Source of the DNA: Takakia lepidozioides
Taxonomy: Eukaryota; Plantae; Bryophyta
Assembly: GCA_030704615.1 (NCBI GenBank)
Contig: CM060734.1
Location: forward strand, 3,162,001-3,226,000
Length of the DNA stretch: 64,000 bases
Reading direction: 5' to 3'
This document shows positions 23,791 to 37,212 of this stretch, one piece after another (position 1 is the stretch's first letter; every line of letters begins with the position of its first letter). The notes below the pieces were generated by a model. That model did no database searches. It was given only the letters and a program-made list of their open reading frames with translations, and was not told where the DNA came from. Both the position numbers and the translations under genes were made by a program.

Positions 23791-25790
23791 ATGAGTGATG
23801 AAAGAGAAGCTAGACGCCAGAGATATTCAGCAAAAAGAGAAAGCTATCTGAAAGCTAATTATCCATATCTTTGGGAGAGAAGAATAGACATAGGGGAATC
23901 ATCTGGACCTCTCACACCATTAAGATCAAAGAGTACATCACCTATACCGGAAGAACTAGAGTTGGATGCCACTCCTTCTGTTTCTTTGCAAGAAAGATTA
24001 AGGGAATTGGTACAGGAAGAAGATCAATCACGAGGTGAAAGATCTGAGGTACATCCTTGGATAAAAGATTTGACAGAAATCTTTGATAAGAGTTGGCATG
24101 GAACACCAAAAGCAGGAACTCCAGTTTCTGAAGCAAAAGGTGAAGAAGGAGAAGAGGATGTGGCAGAGCCAACGGAGAGTTCAGACTCTCCAACACCATT
24201 ACAGTTGAGTTACATGAGTGAAGAAGAAACCCAAGGGCAGAACTTGGAGGATGAAAACAGAGAGAAGAAATTGGAAGGGGAAGAATATGAAGAAGTAGAC
24301 CCAACAGCTGAGGTTGAGACTACAACCAGGACATCCCAACCCGTTGGACCTGGATCAAATGGAGCACTTGGATCACAGGCCAACGAAGGTGTCGGCTCAG
24401 GGGGATCAGGCGGGCGGCCTGGATCTGGCTCTGGGGGGACAGGGAGTGTGGGAAGTAGTGCAACTGAAGCTGGGAATACTGTGAATATAGTGGGGCTAGA
24501 AGCAGGGAGTGCTCAAGGGCCACCACTTGGTGGAAGATCCACCACAAAAACAACAGGTCCAGAAGGACCAGTACCAGTAAGGGTGCCAGCACCTGTCAGT
24601 GGGCAGAAGGTAGGGCCACAGATGGCGTTACAACCAACACGGGCAAAACCACCCTTTCCAATATATTCAGGAAAAGGGGATCCCGATGTACACATTAGCC
24701 AATTTGAGCACATGTGTATAGTGAACAATGAGAATGGCGATGATGCCAAGATGAGATTGTTTCCTTGTTCACTCATCAAGAAAGCAAGTGAATGGTATGC
24801 AAGATTCCCTGATAATCATTTCCTAACCTGGAATGGCTTGAGTACAGCATTTCGAAATAGGTTCAGGACAAGTAAAACTGAAGATGAAGTGTATGGAAGT
24901 TTACAACAGTTAAAGCAAAAGAAGCATGAAACTGTTGAGGAGTATATGGAAAAGATGGAATTGATGATGAAAAAGCTGGCTGCAGTACCAGCACCCGGTT
25001 TACAGAAGACTTGGTTTGTGAGTGGACTAAGACCAGAGTTGCAAAAGAAAGTGGATATGTTACCCCATAATACAGTGGAGGAGGCATTTGAAACTGCAAA
25101 CAGAATTGAGCAATTGGGAATGCTCAGGAGAGAGAAAAGAGATGATGAGGACTCTGAGGATGAGTCAGATGAAGAAGAAGAGCAAGAACTAAAAAGGAAG
25201 AGTAAGAAAAAGGAGAAGTTGAAGAGGGATAACTATGAAAAAAGATTGGAAGAAATCTTGAAGAAATATGCCACAGAGGCTGCAACACATTGGAGGAAGG
25301 GTGTATGGTGTGCAAAGTGCCAGAATGAAGGCCATACCACCACAGAATGCCACATGAGGGAGAAACACTGTACTATCTGTAAAATGGATAACCATTCTAC
25401 TGAGAATTGTTACTACAACAGAAGGACAGCTGCAAGAGAACCTAGGCAAGTAAGGGTGCATCATGTGCAGCCCCAGCCAAGAAGAAACAATGATCAGGAC
25501 CACTATGGTAGGTCTGGTGGTTATAACAATGGCATGGAAGGGAGAGGTAATTCAAGAGGGAATTACCAAGGAAATTCCAGAGGCAACTATCAGGGTAATC
25601 CAAGGGGGAATTACCAGCCCGGGAATCAGGATTATAGAAATAATCCAAGAACAGACCAAGGGCGAGGACCCAATGGTGAAGAACTATGTTACTATTGTAA
25701 TCAGCCAGGACATCGCAGGGCAGCCTGTTCATTCTGGATAAGACACCAGAATGAGATAAGAGCTCCTGTGAATGAGGGCCCAGTGGTGGC
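23791..25790 (+). CDS. gag: Gag of an Ogre/Tat-like element, truncated after the zinc knuckles
   Basis: PFPIYSGKGDPDVHI, RLFPCSL, FVSGLRPELQ; three CX2CX4HX4C knuckles. The last ~65 codons of the annotated ORF are read-through into unrelated DNA. Confidence 0.92.
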
Positions 25791-25794
25791 AGCT

Positions 25795-25925
25795 CCGGCC
25801 GCACTCCGAATTACCTACATGATGGAAATTCGGCGCTCCGACTTACCCGGTGGATGGAAATTCGGCGCCGAATTTCCAGCCGGCCGTGCTCCGAATTACC
25901 TCTACGATGGAAATTCGGGGCCTCG
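25795..25925. repeat. Palindrome cluster variant GGAAATTCGGCGCCGAATTTCC
   Basis: Perfect 22-bp palindrome at 25856-25877 plus half-sites at about 25824 and 25909. Confidence 0.8.
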
Positions 25926-26094
25926 TTGCGTCATATTTCATCTGACAGGGAGGGCTTCGTTGCGTCATACTTCATTCGACATTTAATTGCGTAGTTGGGC
26001 ATTAAATGTCCTCCGCCGTTGGTTTTGATTCGGGCTGTAGAGTGTGGAAAAATGTTGAGGAAAGTTGAGAAGAAGAATGATGATGATTCAGAAA

Positions 26095-26460
26095 AGCTAA
26101 GAAAGACAATTATGAGAAGAGATTGTAAGAGATAACGAAGAAATAAGACACAGAGCAGCAACACACTGGAGGAAGAATACCTAGTGTCAGCAATGCCAAA
26201 ATGAAGGTAAAACATTGTGCTATCTGTCAAATGAGTAACCATTCCACTCAGAATTGTTATTACAATAGGAAGATAGCAATTAGAGAAAACAGAGCGGTGG
26301 GGGTGCACCAGGTGCAACCCCAACCAAGAAAAAATACCGACCAAGGCAACTATGGAAGACCTTGCGGGTACAATAATAACGATGGCATGGTAGGTAGAGG
26401 TAATCCATGAGGGAATTACCAGCAAGATAATCGGGATTATAGAAATAATCCTAGAAGATA
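26095..26460 (+). pseudogene. Degraded gag zinc-knuckle fragment
   Basis: KHCAICQMSNHSTQNCYYNRK...VHQVQPQPRKN, paralogous to 25225-25650. Confidence 0.8.
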
Positions 26461-26537
26461 GGAGCATTAGGGCTGGATCTGAATTGTTTGCTTACTACAA
26501 TTTTGTGATGGAGTACCGATGAATGTGTATATTAATT

Positions 26538-26880
26538 ATGAGCAGCAATATAATGGTAGCCAATCATTGGGGAGATAACATTCAAGAGCCATCTTGGTAC
26601 TCCAAGAATGATTTAGATAACAGTGGAGTGGGGAAACAAAGTCCCATGGTAGCCAGTAGTTCCGAATAGCATGTAAATGAGAGCTGCAGTATAATGGTAA
26701 CCAATCACTGGAAAGATAATATATAAGAGCCTTCAGGAATGAGCAAAAACGACTTTGGTAGCAGTGGGGTGAGGGAGCATTTTCCCTAGGGAGCGAGTAC
26801 TTCCGAGTATCTGGCAAGTGGGAGTTGCAGTGTGATGGTTGCACAACATTAGAGAAATAACATGCAAGAGCCTTCTGAGG
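26538..26880. repeat. Three degenerate ~142-bp tandem units
   Basis: GCARTATAATGGTARCCAATCA...AAGAGCC recurs at about 26545, 26685 and 26827. Confidence 0.55.
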
Positions 26881-27529
26881 ATTAATCTAGGAGACTTGGT
26901 GTTCAGTAGTTATACATGAATTTGTTGCATGATGTAGCCAAGTAACAAAGAAATGAGATAGTGGTGGTGGCCAGCGTCTTCGGGAAGATTTACATTTGGG
27001 TAACCTTTGGATGCTGGGATGTCCATGAGGGGGAATATGGAATACTTTTTGGCCACAAACCCTGTCCCTGTCATCAAACCCTATCACACCCATATCAAAC
27101 CTTGTCACAACTCTATCATCATCAAGTTGATGTTGTTAAGGGTGTGTTTGTAGTCAAAAAGTATTCACTAAGTGAATACTTTTTGGCCTCATCTACACCC
27201 CTAACAACATCAACATGAATTGCAAAAAGATGCTTCAAATCAAAGCATCTTCCAAAATATGCTTCTCTTTAAAGCATCTTTAGCTTTCTTAATATGCTTT
27301 CATACATATCGGAACAACTAGGTTGTTAACAACATACTTGTTCCGAACAACCCACTTGTTAACAACCTACTTGTTCCCAACATCCTACTTGTTAACACCC
27401 ACTTGTTAACAACCTGCTTGTTCCAGGGGTTGCTATTTTGTCAGAGATCACTATGACATGGACACATGGGAAACGGCCACTTGGCAAATGGTCGTCAATT
27501 TATTTTTTCTCAGGCTGCCCGTAAATCCA

Positions 27530-27706
27530 AATCTGATTCATAGTTGACATTAACAAATATGAACACATGTGCAGAGTGAACAACAAGAATGCTGATGCAA
27601 CAAAGCTAAGATTATTTTCTTGTGCATTGACCAAGAAAGCAATTGAGTGGTATGCTCAGTTCCCAGACAATCACTTTACAACCTGGAATGATCTTAGAAC
27701 ATCATT
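27530..27706 (+). pseudogene. Gag fragment
   Basis: EHMCRVNNKNADATKLRLFSCALTKKAIEWYAQFPDNHF matches 24700-24850. Confidence 0.85.
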
Positions 27707-27800
27707 CACTACAAGAGAACCAAGGTTTCACGACTGTGGCTTTTTCGCAGTGACTCAGACAAATTTTCAGGCAGCCGTATCAGCTTTAAAATCAAGTGTG
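27707..27800 (+). mobile_element. CACTA (En/Spm)-type terminus
   Basis: CACTACAAGAGAA begins exactly where gag homology stops. Extent uncertain. Confidence 0.5.
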
Positions 27801-30328
27801 TGGAATTGTTGGAGGCACATTCAAAAAGTCTTCCATAGCCACAATTTGAATATTAGAGGACATACATGAAATATTGGAGAGATTTAATGTATACTTGACC
27901 GGTCAGGAGACCAAAATTGGCTATCTCAAAACAAGAGGTTATCATTCCTATCTACCAATGCGGTTAAGGGAGAACATCATTGTTCTCTACTAAGGAGGCT
28001 GGCTACCTCCCCCGTACTGAGTGTTGGGTAATGCATCAAAGGGGTATATTTGGTTTCACCACCCAAGACTACAAGCGTGACAAAGAAAATGTGTTTGCAA
28101 GGAAGATATCCTTATCTAGCTTTCCTTCTATGCTGATCAAAGGCCTCGCAAGTACAAGACGGTTCCAAACCAATCCTGACATCATATGTCACGCCTCGCT
28201 TTGTAGATTCTGCGGTCCTGATGGTATAAACTCGACCCAATCCCTTTCCAATGTCAATCTTGTTCAGGACAACTGCTCGACAGGATGCAACTTTTGCCAT
28301 GTTGTCTCGAGCCTTCTTGGAGATAGTTTCACATTTTCACACTCTCCGCCCATCACGTTCTTTGCATGCCTTAGATGTTGAAGAAGTAGTGCATTGACAG
28401 CAGATGATGGTGGGTTTATGTCGTTTCGTACATGAGATGTTGAATGCACGGAGGAGCGTCTGGATTTTCTTCCAAGGACATCGCCCTCGGGAACAAGACG
28501 GAACCCTGTAGCTGTTAGTCTGTCCACTTCTGCCTGCGTAAGATCTATTCGTCATCTGCACAAAACCAAAACAATATCTGAACGGGATGGGCCATCACGG
28601 GAGGATTGTTCCAACCCAAGAAATTTGGAGCTGGAATTCCAGCAGTGGATCCTTTTGGAAAAATTCTTTGCATGCAATGCCTACCCAGCTTATCTGCACC
28701 ACAACATTGTACGGCTGTCCGTCGGGAAGTTCGCTCAATCTTCCATTTTTCCCGAGGATGAGATGACTCACGTACGTCCAGTCCGTGCTGCATAGGCAGC
28801 TCACTGACAGGTGGACAACCATTTTTAGGTGCGGACCTCTCCGTTGTAGAGGCCCTTTCGATGAGGTACAACATTGGAGCCAAATGTTTTTGAATCCGAG
28901 TCATCAATGAGGATAGGTTTGATCCTAAGAGATCCGGGATCAGCATTTGAGCGTATGTCTTTCTTCTTGGCTGAAACGCGCGGTGTTCAACATCCGACAT
29001 TCTCGGTTCGCAGATTTACATCAAGCCTCAATGAGGAATTGGAATCCTCCGTCGTACATATTCCCACTTTCCTCTGCACTCTCCGTGTCCGCTTATTCCC
29101 GTCCAAATGGTCACCACGGGTATGCAAAGGAGTACCAGCAACAATATCCTTCAAAGCAGATCCCATCTTTCTTGCAGTTTTCACTTTCAAAGCTTCCCTA
29201 CAAAGCAACTCAGCTGCATCCGGCCCCATACCGGTTCCTCGACCTTTTTGAAGGTTGATTTCATCCCCAGTCTGCATCAATGCCCGAACAATATCATCTC
29301 GTGTGGTCTCAACCAAGTCCTTTTTATTCGGACCGGAACCTTTCTTCCATTTAGCATGCACGGACTCAACCATATTTGTATTTGGCATCCCTGCAGCAGC
29401 ATCATTATCCATCCTCTGCAACAAACAAACAAAAATTGAGTTGGTATTCTTCAATGTAATTAATGTGTACAAAGGTACTTTACTATTGAAAGAATTGAAC
29501 AATGTATTTCAAAAAACACCACCTCCGTTGACGGCAGGTCTAGATGCAGTCCACAATTTAGGGTCATGACTAAATTTTTGACCACCTTCGTCCAATAAAA
29601 CTGAAGTCATACGAGGATGTCGGAGAACAGTTACACCGCATCCAAGGACCTGAACAAATATGAGACCAACACCGTCCAACGACGGTGTCATGACTGTAAT
29701 TTGAAAACACCTTCATCCAACGAAGATGAGGTCGTACGAGGATATCGAGGAATAATTACATCGTATCCAACGACAATAAAAAAATTTGAGACCACTTGCG
29801 TCCAACGAAGGTGACACCATACATGCAGGTCGAAGATCAGTTATATTCTGATTCTAACATTTAACATCTTTACAAACTAGCTTTTCAACGGATTTGGGAT
29901 ATATCCTCTGCATTCCTATCACATCAACCAGAGAGTGTGTCTGGGACGGTTCTGGATTAGTGGAGATAACGTACATATCGCATAAAGTTACCCCCACAGT
30001 CGGTAGCGCACATGCCACCACGTGATCCAACTCTGCAGATCCAGCAGTTGTTTTTTGTTGCAGTGTGCTACGTTCTCCCACCAGGATGTAAGCTTGGAAT
30101 AGGCCAAATCAGCGTTGCTTTCTGTGATAGCATCCTTCCAAGCCCTGCACATGTGAATATGCTCTTTTTGTCTATCTGGGGGTATAAGACCTTTTGTATG
30201 GGATCCAACTGATTGAGCCCAGTGAAATGCACATGACCGTTCTTTCCCCTCAAGTGGCACATCAGGGCCATCTCCAAACACAGATCGGACAGCTCTGAAG
30301 TTTGCCATGGCGTTATCGGCCATGAAGA

Positions 30329-30645
30329 TGTCAAGTTATTTTACCACTAGTGTGAAGTTAGCTAGGAAATAGCTAGCTTTTATATATTGACATTTGGGAT
30401 TGACCCAATTGTCAATCCAAGGGCCAATACATGTTTGGGCACCTGACATTGTTATCTTCACGGCAAATCGCGGTGGGCTCATCTTTCTCGAGTTGAGCCT
30501 CACCGCGTCTAGCTATGGCGTCGTAGTGTGGATTCCCCATGGCGTGGGGTGCACTTGGCTCGACTTAATATATGAGTGATGTTTTCATGTGCAAGTATGT
30601 GAGTTTGAGAGAGCTTGTGTGCTTGTATTATTCCTTTCCTTATCA
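30329..30645 (+). repeat. Terminal repeat A1 (317 bp), contains TATATA
   Basis: Direct repeat of 40722-41038. Confidence 0.92.
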
Positions 30646-32834
30646 CTCGAGCAAGATTAGCTCGAGTCTGTGAGTGCCAAGTTTGAGTTAGTTGTAGCAC
30701 TTGTGTTTTCAGATCATGAGAAGCGGTTCAGCCTAGAGTGCAGGGATCCGTGCATGAGCCTATCCAAAGCGGATAGAGTGCAAAGGCGAACAGGTTGCAG
30801 GTTTGCAATGGATAGAGAGGCGGGTAGCCTATGTTGAAGAACGGCGTTGCATAGCTCAACGCTATGGCAACCAAGTTTGGGCTTCTAGTGTGAAGCGGAG
30901 GAGATGCTGGCCATGAGTGGGCAAATTGGTGGTCGTCTTCTTTCAGCTGCAGGTCGAGTTGAGGAGCTGCAGAAATGTGGGCTGCGCATGGGAAGCTAGC
31001 ATGTTGTAGGTTGGAGATGATATAATCAGCTCCAGGTATCTCTGCCCGAAACTAGTTGTTGCGGGTAGATGAGGAGCAGTCGAATAGTGGAGCTGCGAGG
31101 GGATGCATCGCAGCCTGTTGGGAGCTTCAGCTCCAAGCTCATGAGGAGGTATGAGTGAAGAGATGGGGCTGGTCCCTCTTGTGTGCAAATCAATGCACTT
31201 GTGAAGCATGTGCTTGAGTTGGAGGTTTCAATCTGAAACTCTAGCACGGTGAGGGCTCTTGGAGTGGCAAGAGCGGGGCTGGAAGGGCAACATTGAGGCG
31301 CCCTAGAGCCAGGGGATATGCATGAGAAGTGCAGGTGCACCAAGTTTGTAAAGGTGTGTATTTTCAGATTCGTTTTTGTGAGCTTCATGAAGAAATGGAG
31401 CTTGTTGGGCAGCATATTGCTTGCTTGTTGAGTTTAGGGTGCCTTTGGTGGGTTGTGAGAGCCCAAGAGAGCATGGCAGCAGGCCTGGTGGCTTCGCAGA
31501 AGCCATAGCTCGGCGGCAGCAGTTGCAGGAGCAAACCCCAGCTCGGGAACGTCGGGAACGCCTCGGGAACGCATGGGAACTCGTTGGGAGTTCTAGGGAT
31601 CCCAGGGAATAGTGGCCGTGATGGGCCGTTGGGGCGGTATCACGAGATACCACGAGTCCAGGTTGTGATGGTTGACCGTGACCATTGACCGTCGTGGTGC
31701 GGACACAACGGGTGGGCACGGTGACCAGATCGTGGGGATGGCGGGCCGTGAAGGCTCGTGGGCGTGGTACCACAGGGTATCACGAGGCAGCCTGTGGCCA
31801 ACGAGCGCCTAGGGCGGGCCGTGAGGAGTCGTGGTGGTTGGAGCCACGAAAGGCCTCGAACGGGAAGAGTGAAAAAATAAAATAAAATAAAGTCTTTTTT
31901 CACTCGTTTCGTGGGACCTTGATGGGGAGGCTGGGCTCTAAAGAACAACAGTTTTGAGCTAGCTGATCCGGCAGAAAAGTCGGAATTGCCTCTCTGTTGC
32001 ATTTTAACAAGGGGATTATTCCCCTGCAGATAATCTTTTCGGGTTTTCAGCCCAATTCTTAACTATGGGGGAGACCAGCCTGCAGGTAATTCCTTTGGAC
32101 AGAATGTTGTTGGGGCCTATATGTACCTCTATTTGCTCCATTTTTTAACCTTCAGTGAATGGCGTGGTTTCCTGAGGTGGTTCCATTCTGAGGAATGGTT
32201 GGACATAAGGAGGCACTAGTGGACCCTATGAAGGCTTGCATGGGGCCTTGGAGGCCAAGTTTCATGAGCTCGTGGAGGGCGGTTTGAGGAGTGTCTACAG
32301 GATGCTCTCATGGTCATGCAAGTGAGAGAAGAAAGGAAAAAAGAGGGTGTTGGGATGAGAGCGTGCTGGGGATAGGCATTGCTTTAGTTCCCTTCCTCGT
32401 AGCTTTCCACCTTCTCTGTAGGCCGAGACCTTTCCGTAGGTGAGGCAAGAGTTAGTCCGGGTTTGGGCTGGGTTGCAGGAGCGACACTATGGAGTTGTTT
32501 TTGGTGTGGGGGAGTTGTTGTTTTCATTCTTGTGTTTGGATCCCCTCCACACCTGCATGCTTGATTGTGCGCCATGCTAGTTTTGTGTGGGCGCTTGATT
32601 TTATAGGTGGTTGACTCGGGCTTGATCGCCGATCCAACCCTAGAGCATGCTGTCGATGGTGAGGCTGGGTTGATGACCAGTCATACCATCTTTGTTTCTC
32701 TTATGGTGAGGTTGGAGGTGATGACCAGCCAACCATGGGAGTGCTTGCGGTGGATGCAGGTGCAGGTGCAGGCTATGTTAGGAACCTAGTATTCCAAACC
32801 ATAAGCCGTATCAGGTTCTCTACCTGGTTACCTT

Positions 32835-34560
32835 GTGGAAAGGGGGTTAGGGACATGTTCAGGACCGGGTGAGTGTCAGTTTGTCAACACGGAGGTGCCA
32901 CTAGTTGTTGGGGAAAGTGCCGGTACGAGCACTAGCGATACTAGCGGGTATATGAGACGGGGTGTGCGGTTTAGGCCACCTTCACCTCCTGTGTCTTCTA
33001 CGGAAGGTTCTGATTCGGATTGTGAATCAGGAGGACTCACACCGGCGGTGCAAGTTGTTTCCTTGCCATTGTTGTGGGACACAATGGAGGAGATGTATGT
33101 AGCCACCAAGGGGCCACGAAGGTACTCTGGGGCGGTGGGCACCATTGAGTTGGATGATTTTGTCCAAGAGTTTGATAGTTGGTGTGACTTGCAGCAAATG
33201 CACAATCCACAACTGTTTACGCCTTTCATGGCATGGAAGGGGCTGTTTCAACACCTTGAAGGGCCGCCCATGGATGATTACCATGAGTTTAGGCGGGGGC
33301 ACGATGTTGAGATCGAGGAGTGGAGGATGTACTGGTCACCCGACTATGTCTCCATCACTAGAGGCACAAGGGCAGCAGCCACACCGGCAACTGCACAACA
33401 GCAGCTACACACAACAGCTTCCACGAGCAGTAGTCGGACTAGTGGTACAGCAACTACAACGTCCACCCAAGCTACTGCTGCACCAGCACCAGTGGTGGTG
33501 CCTGCCTTCAACCCTGTTGTGGAGTTCTTCAAAGAGTTGAGAAGGAACTACCAAGGGGTGAGGACAGAGAAGTTGAGGAGCTTGCAAGAGTTCCAACGGA
33601 AGCCTACTGAGAGCTTGAGGGAGGCTTTCACTCGCATGAGGTGCTTGATTAATGTAACCCAAGGGGTTACGGAGGCTCAGGCAGTCCAATTCTGGTATGG
33701 GATATTGGACAAGGAGCTGAGGAGAAGGGTGCGGGATGCAACTCTCCTACAAGCGGCCCAACCCACCTTAGCAAATGTGTTTTTGCTGGCAGAGCGGATA
33801 GAGCTCAACATGGTGGAGGAACGAGTGGTCATGGTGGGATTTGCTAAGGAGGCACCACGGGGTACTGGTGCTCCTAGCCAGCCACTACCTCAACGTGCTC
33901 AAGGCAACAAGGGAGCTCAGGTTAAGCCAAGGGAAGGGCAGAGAGGACCTCAGATGCAAGGGTCTCTCCCTTCATTTGCAAGCCAACAACGGGCGGATGT
34001 GGTGTGCTGGACATGTGGAGGACCTCATGTCAAGAAGGATTGCCCAGAGGGAGGCAATGGTTTGGCACCGGCACAGCTTGCACAGTTGCAGTGTGGGCAT
34101 TGTGGCAAGTATGGGCATGGAGAGGCCCAGTGCTATGGTTTGCATCCTGAGTTGCGCCCAGGCCAGTTCCAATGGAACAAAGGTGGCCGGGGGCGAGGTG
34201 GAGCAGCCCAGAGAGGACGAGGTGTCTAGGCACGAGGTGCAGGCCAAGGGCAAGCTCAACATGGCCAAGGACGCGGAGGTCAGGGTGTTGACCAAGGCAT
34301 GGCCAACCGGCTTCAGCATCTAGAGCAGAGGCTCGCTGCCATGGCCACAGCTCAGGTGGTACCAGCTCCAAGGCCGGATGGTCCACCTCCTGCTCCTGAG
34401 GGAGGAGACATAGGAGGCATGGGATTCATGTGTGGGGCAGCACTACCACTGGTGAGGGGTGCCACTACCACTACCACTGTGGGTGGGGCACCACTACCAC
34501 TATGTGCGGGGCAAGACTACCTCTGGTGCAAGTGGAGTCAGCTGCGGCAGTGACTCGAGG
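32835..34560 (+). pseudogene. gag: Gag with two zinc knuckles
   Basis: RRYSGAVGTIELDDFVQEFDSWC, FQRKPTESLREAFTR, CWTCGGPHVKKDC, CGHCGKYGHGEAQC. Stop at 34229 but the frame continues. Confidence 0.85.
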
Positions 34561-34868
34561 AGCAGCACGAGTTCCTGAGCCACGGGGTGCGGAGGTGGAG
34601 TTGGATCCACAACGTGGGGAGGCAAGCCGTCAGGCCAGGCTCCCTCAGTCATTCGCATTGGCGGAGACAGTGTTGACGCCATCCATGGCACCTAGTTCTC
34701 GCCCGACTGTTACCGAGGCGGAGGTTACTATGCCATTGGGGAGAGCTACACGGGTAGCACCACTACCTAGTGTTGCCAAGGCTACGGTAGCTAGTATGCT
34801 GCTGGGGGCGGCCACATCTGTGTGTCAGGCTCCATTGTTCTCGGCTACCGGGGGTAAGACCAGCTGAG

Positions 34869-35528
34869 GTGTTCAGGCTGGCAGCTACACTCTGTGAGAG
34901 TGGGGAGGTTACTTCATCTTCTGCGGAGATAGTGAGAGGTGTAGTGCTGGAGAGATCCTCGGATGTGAGGGTCAAGATTGCCACGGTGGCGCCATGGCAA
35001 GCTGCAGCTGCCAGGTTGATGGAGCTGCCAGCTAGGCCAGCCATTGAGCGCGCCATGGTGATACCTGGAGTTGTCATGTTAGACAACCAGGATGGCATTT
35101 TCTATTTTAGTGGACCGGCTGGCAAGAGGTACCAGCCACTGCGAGTCTTGTTGGACTCGCGAAGTCAGCCATTGATGCTGGGCAGAGCTGCTATTGCAGG
35201 CTTGGGCCTCATGGAGGCGGATATGGAGCCGTTCCAGATACAGACATCTCTGGGAGGATCAGAGCAGGCTCGGGGCATGACACGGCGTGAGTTGGCTATC
35301 GGACTACAGCCAAATCATCCTACAGATGGCTCAGTGATGAGAGTCAAGGCCATTGTGATAGACGCGGTCTCGTACGATGTCCTTGTTGGCGGGGCAGTGT
35401 TGTACCCCATGGGCTTCACCCTGGATTTTTGGGAGGAGTCAGCTTCCTATAGGCCTGGATGGCAGTCAGGGGAGGGCCGGCGTGTGCAGCTCCCCGTGAC
35501 GTTCATAGGAGGAGTTGCGGTTGCCTAG
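34869..35528 (+). pseudogene. Aspartic protease
   Basis: RVLLDS(R/G)..PLMLG and YDVLVGG; intact LLDSGAQ in the copy at 56912. Confidence 0.8.
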
Positions 35529-35859
35529 CGAGGCAAGATGCCAACACTGGCAACATTCACAGCTGTAGTGACTTGGCCTGGAGAGTTGTTGGATGACAAC
35601 ACTCATTCAGAGGATGTGTCACCTCCAGGAGAGTAGGATGACATGTATGGTATGGCAGAGTTGCCTGCCATGGTTGCTCACACTCCATTGTGGGGCTCGA
35701 GCAAGGATTTGCAGTGGGTTGCTGATTGTCGTGTGCAACAAGCCTGGGTAGAGGCTTTGGTACCGTCAAGAGAGGAGGACAGTGCGGGGCTTGCACCAGG
35801 ACCGCCTCAGTTGTCACCATTGGACACCACACCAATCGTGTGGCAGTGTCCGGATGAAG

Positions 35860-36800
35860 ACATTTGCCTTCTGGACTTGTTTGGTGGGATCAGCACCGGG
35901 TTGGTTGCTGTTCTCCAGGCAGGTTTACGAGTTCGGCTTTACCGTATGGGAGGGGATGAGACTGCACAACACGTCTCCCTACGCCATGTTGCCAGTTGGT
36001 GCAGCAGTACCCTGAGTCGTTGCCGGTGTTTGCGGTTCGTGAATATCAGCAGGCCTTGCCAGCAGACATTTCGTTGCTGGGGGCGCAGGATTTGGAGCGG
36101 GTTGGCTCCATTGATCTGGTAGTGGTAGGTTGGCCCTGCCAAGGGCATTCATAAGCCGGACATGACAAGGATTGCGAGACTCGAGGTAGGGTCTGTTTTG
36201 TTTTGGGAGATGGTGCGGGTTTTGCGCCTTACAGTTTCATCAAGCTATATCTCCAGCATACAACTTGGAGAATGTGCCACTGATGGGCGATTCTCGGGCC
36301 AGGGTGATGGCCAGCGTGCACCAAGTCCGGTCATGGCTTGGGTCAGCAGTTTTGCTGGATGCAGCTGCAATGGGGTCATGGGCTCATCGTCCACGGTTAT
36401 GGTGGACTAACTTGATGCCACCCGCACTGCTCAAGCGTGCATTTGATGGGGTGCAGCGGCCAGCACACCTCACGGTGGATAGCATTTTGGACACAAGGAG
36501 GCAAGTCTCAGCTTGTGAGACACGATGACCGTCCGCCTTGGCAGTGGTAACAAAGTGGGTCACCACGAGTAGCACTACCTACACTGCTCAGCTTCCCAGG
36601 ATCGCATTGCTTCCGGGATAGTGGACCTGGCCTCCTGTGGGATGCTTAGTTGCAGCAGTTAGTGGAGCTAATGCCGACGAGCGAGAGGGGCTATGGGTTT
36701 TTCCACTGGGACCACGGCGGTGCCTTCTCTTTTTGAGGCATCATGTTGTCAGGTGTTGGGGCAAGCGATGGATCTCAATTGCTTGACCTAGATTATCAGC
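35860..36800 (+). pseudogene. C5-cytosine DNA methyltransferase domain within pol (frameshifted)
   Basis: LLDLFGGISTG (motif I), GWPCQG (IV), LENV (VI), AHRPRLWWTN (VIII), LGQAM (X). Confidence 0.88.
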
Positions 36801-37212
36801 TTGGCTATGGCTGAGCAACGTAGAGTGCGGAGTGCACTTCCCTTGACGGTCTCTTTGCCTACCAAAATGGTACAGGCAGTGAGTGGGGGCGAGCCGGTGA
36901 GAGACCAGTGTGGTGTAGACATCCATGGCACACGTGTGAGGTGCTCGAGGTTCAGAGGGAGTTGGCAAGCCAAGGCGCTGTTGTGAGGTTGAGGTGGGGA
37001 TTCTTCTAGGGTTGAGGAGGGTCCTCAAGGATGAGATGATGGGGCAGGATGAAGCCTTGTCATTGACTGAGCAGGGAGGGAGTATGCTCATGAGGATGCG
37101 GCATAGCAACCACGGACGCGTCTCCTACCTCTAAGTCTGCTGAACTTAAGGTTGCAGTTATGGAGGACAATTGGGAGCCTGACATTGGACCCATTGTCAC
37201 TATAGGAGAGAG

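Noticed and set aside
25790-25986. C-terminal extension of the 731-aa gag ORF
   Set aside because: Read-through into a palindrome-containing fragment.
27315-27425. ACTTGTT(AACAACC) short repeats
   Set aside because: Low-complexity minisatellite; no linked feature.
29560-29820. ~125-bp tandem duplication
   Set aside because: Degenerate local repeat in a probable intron of the MULE gene.
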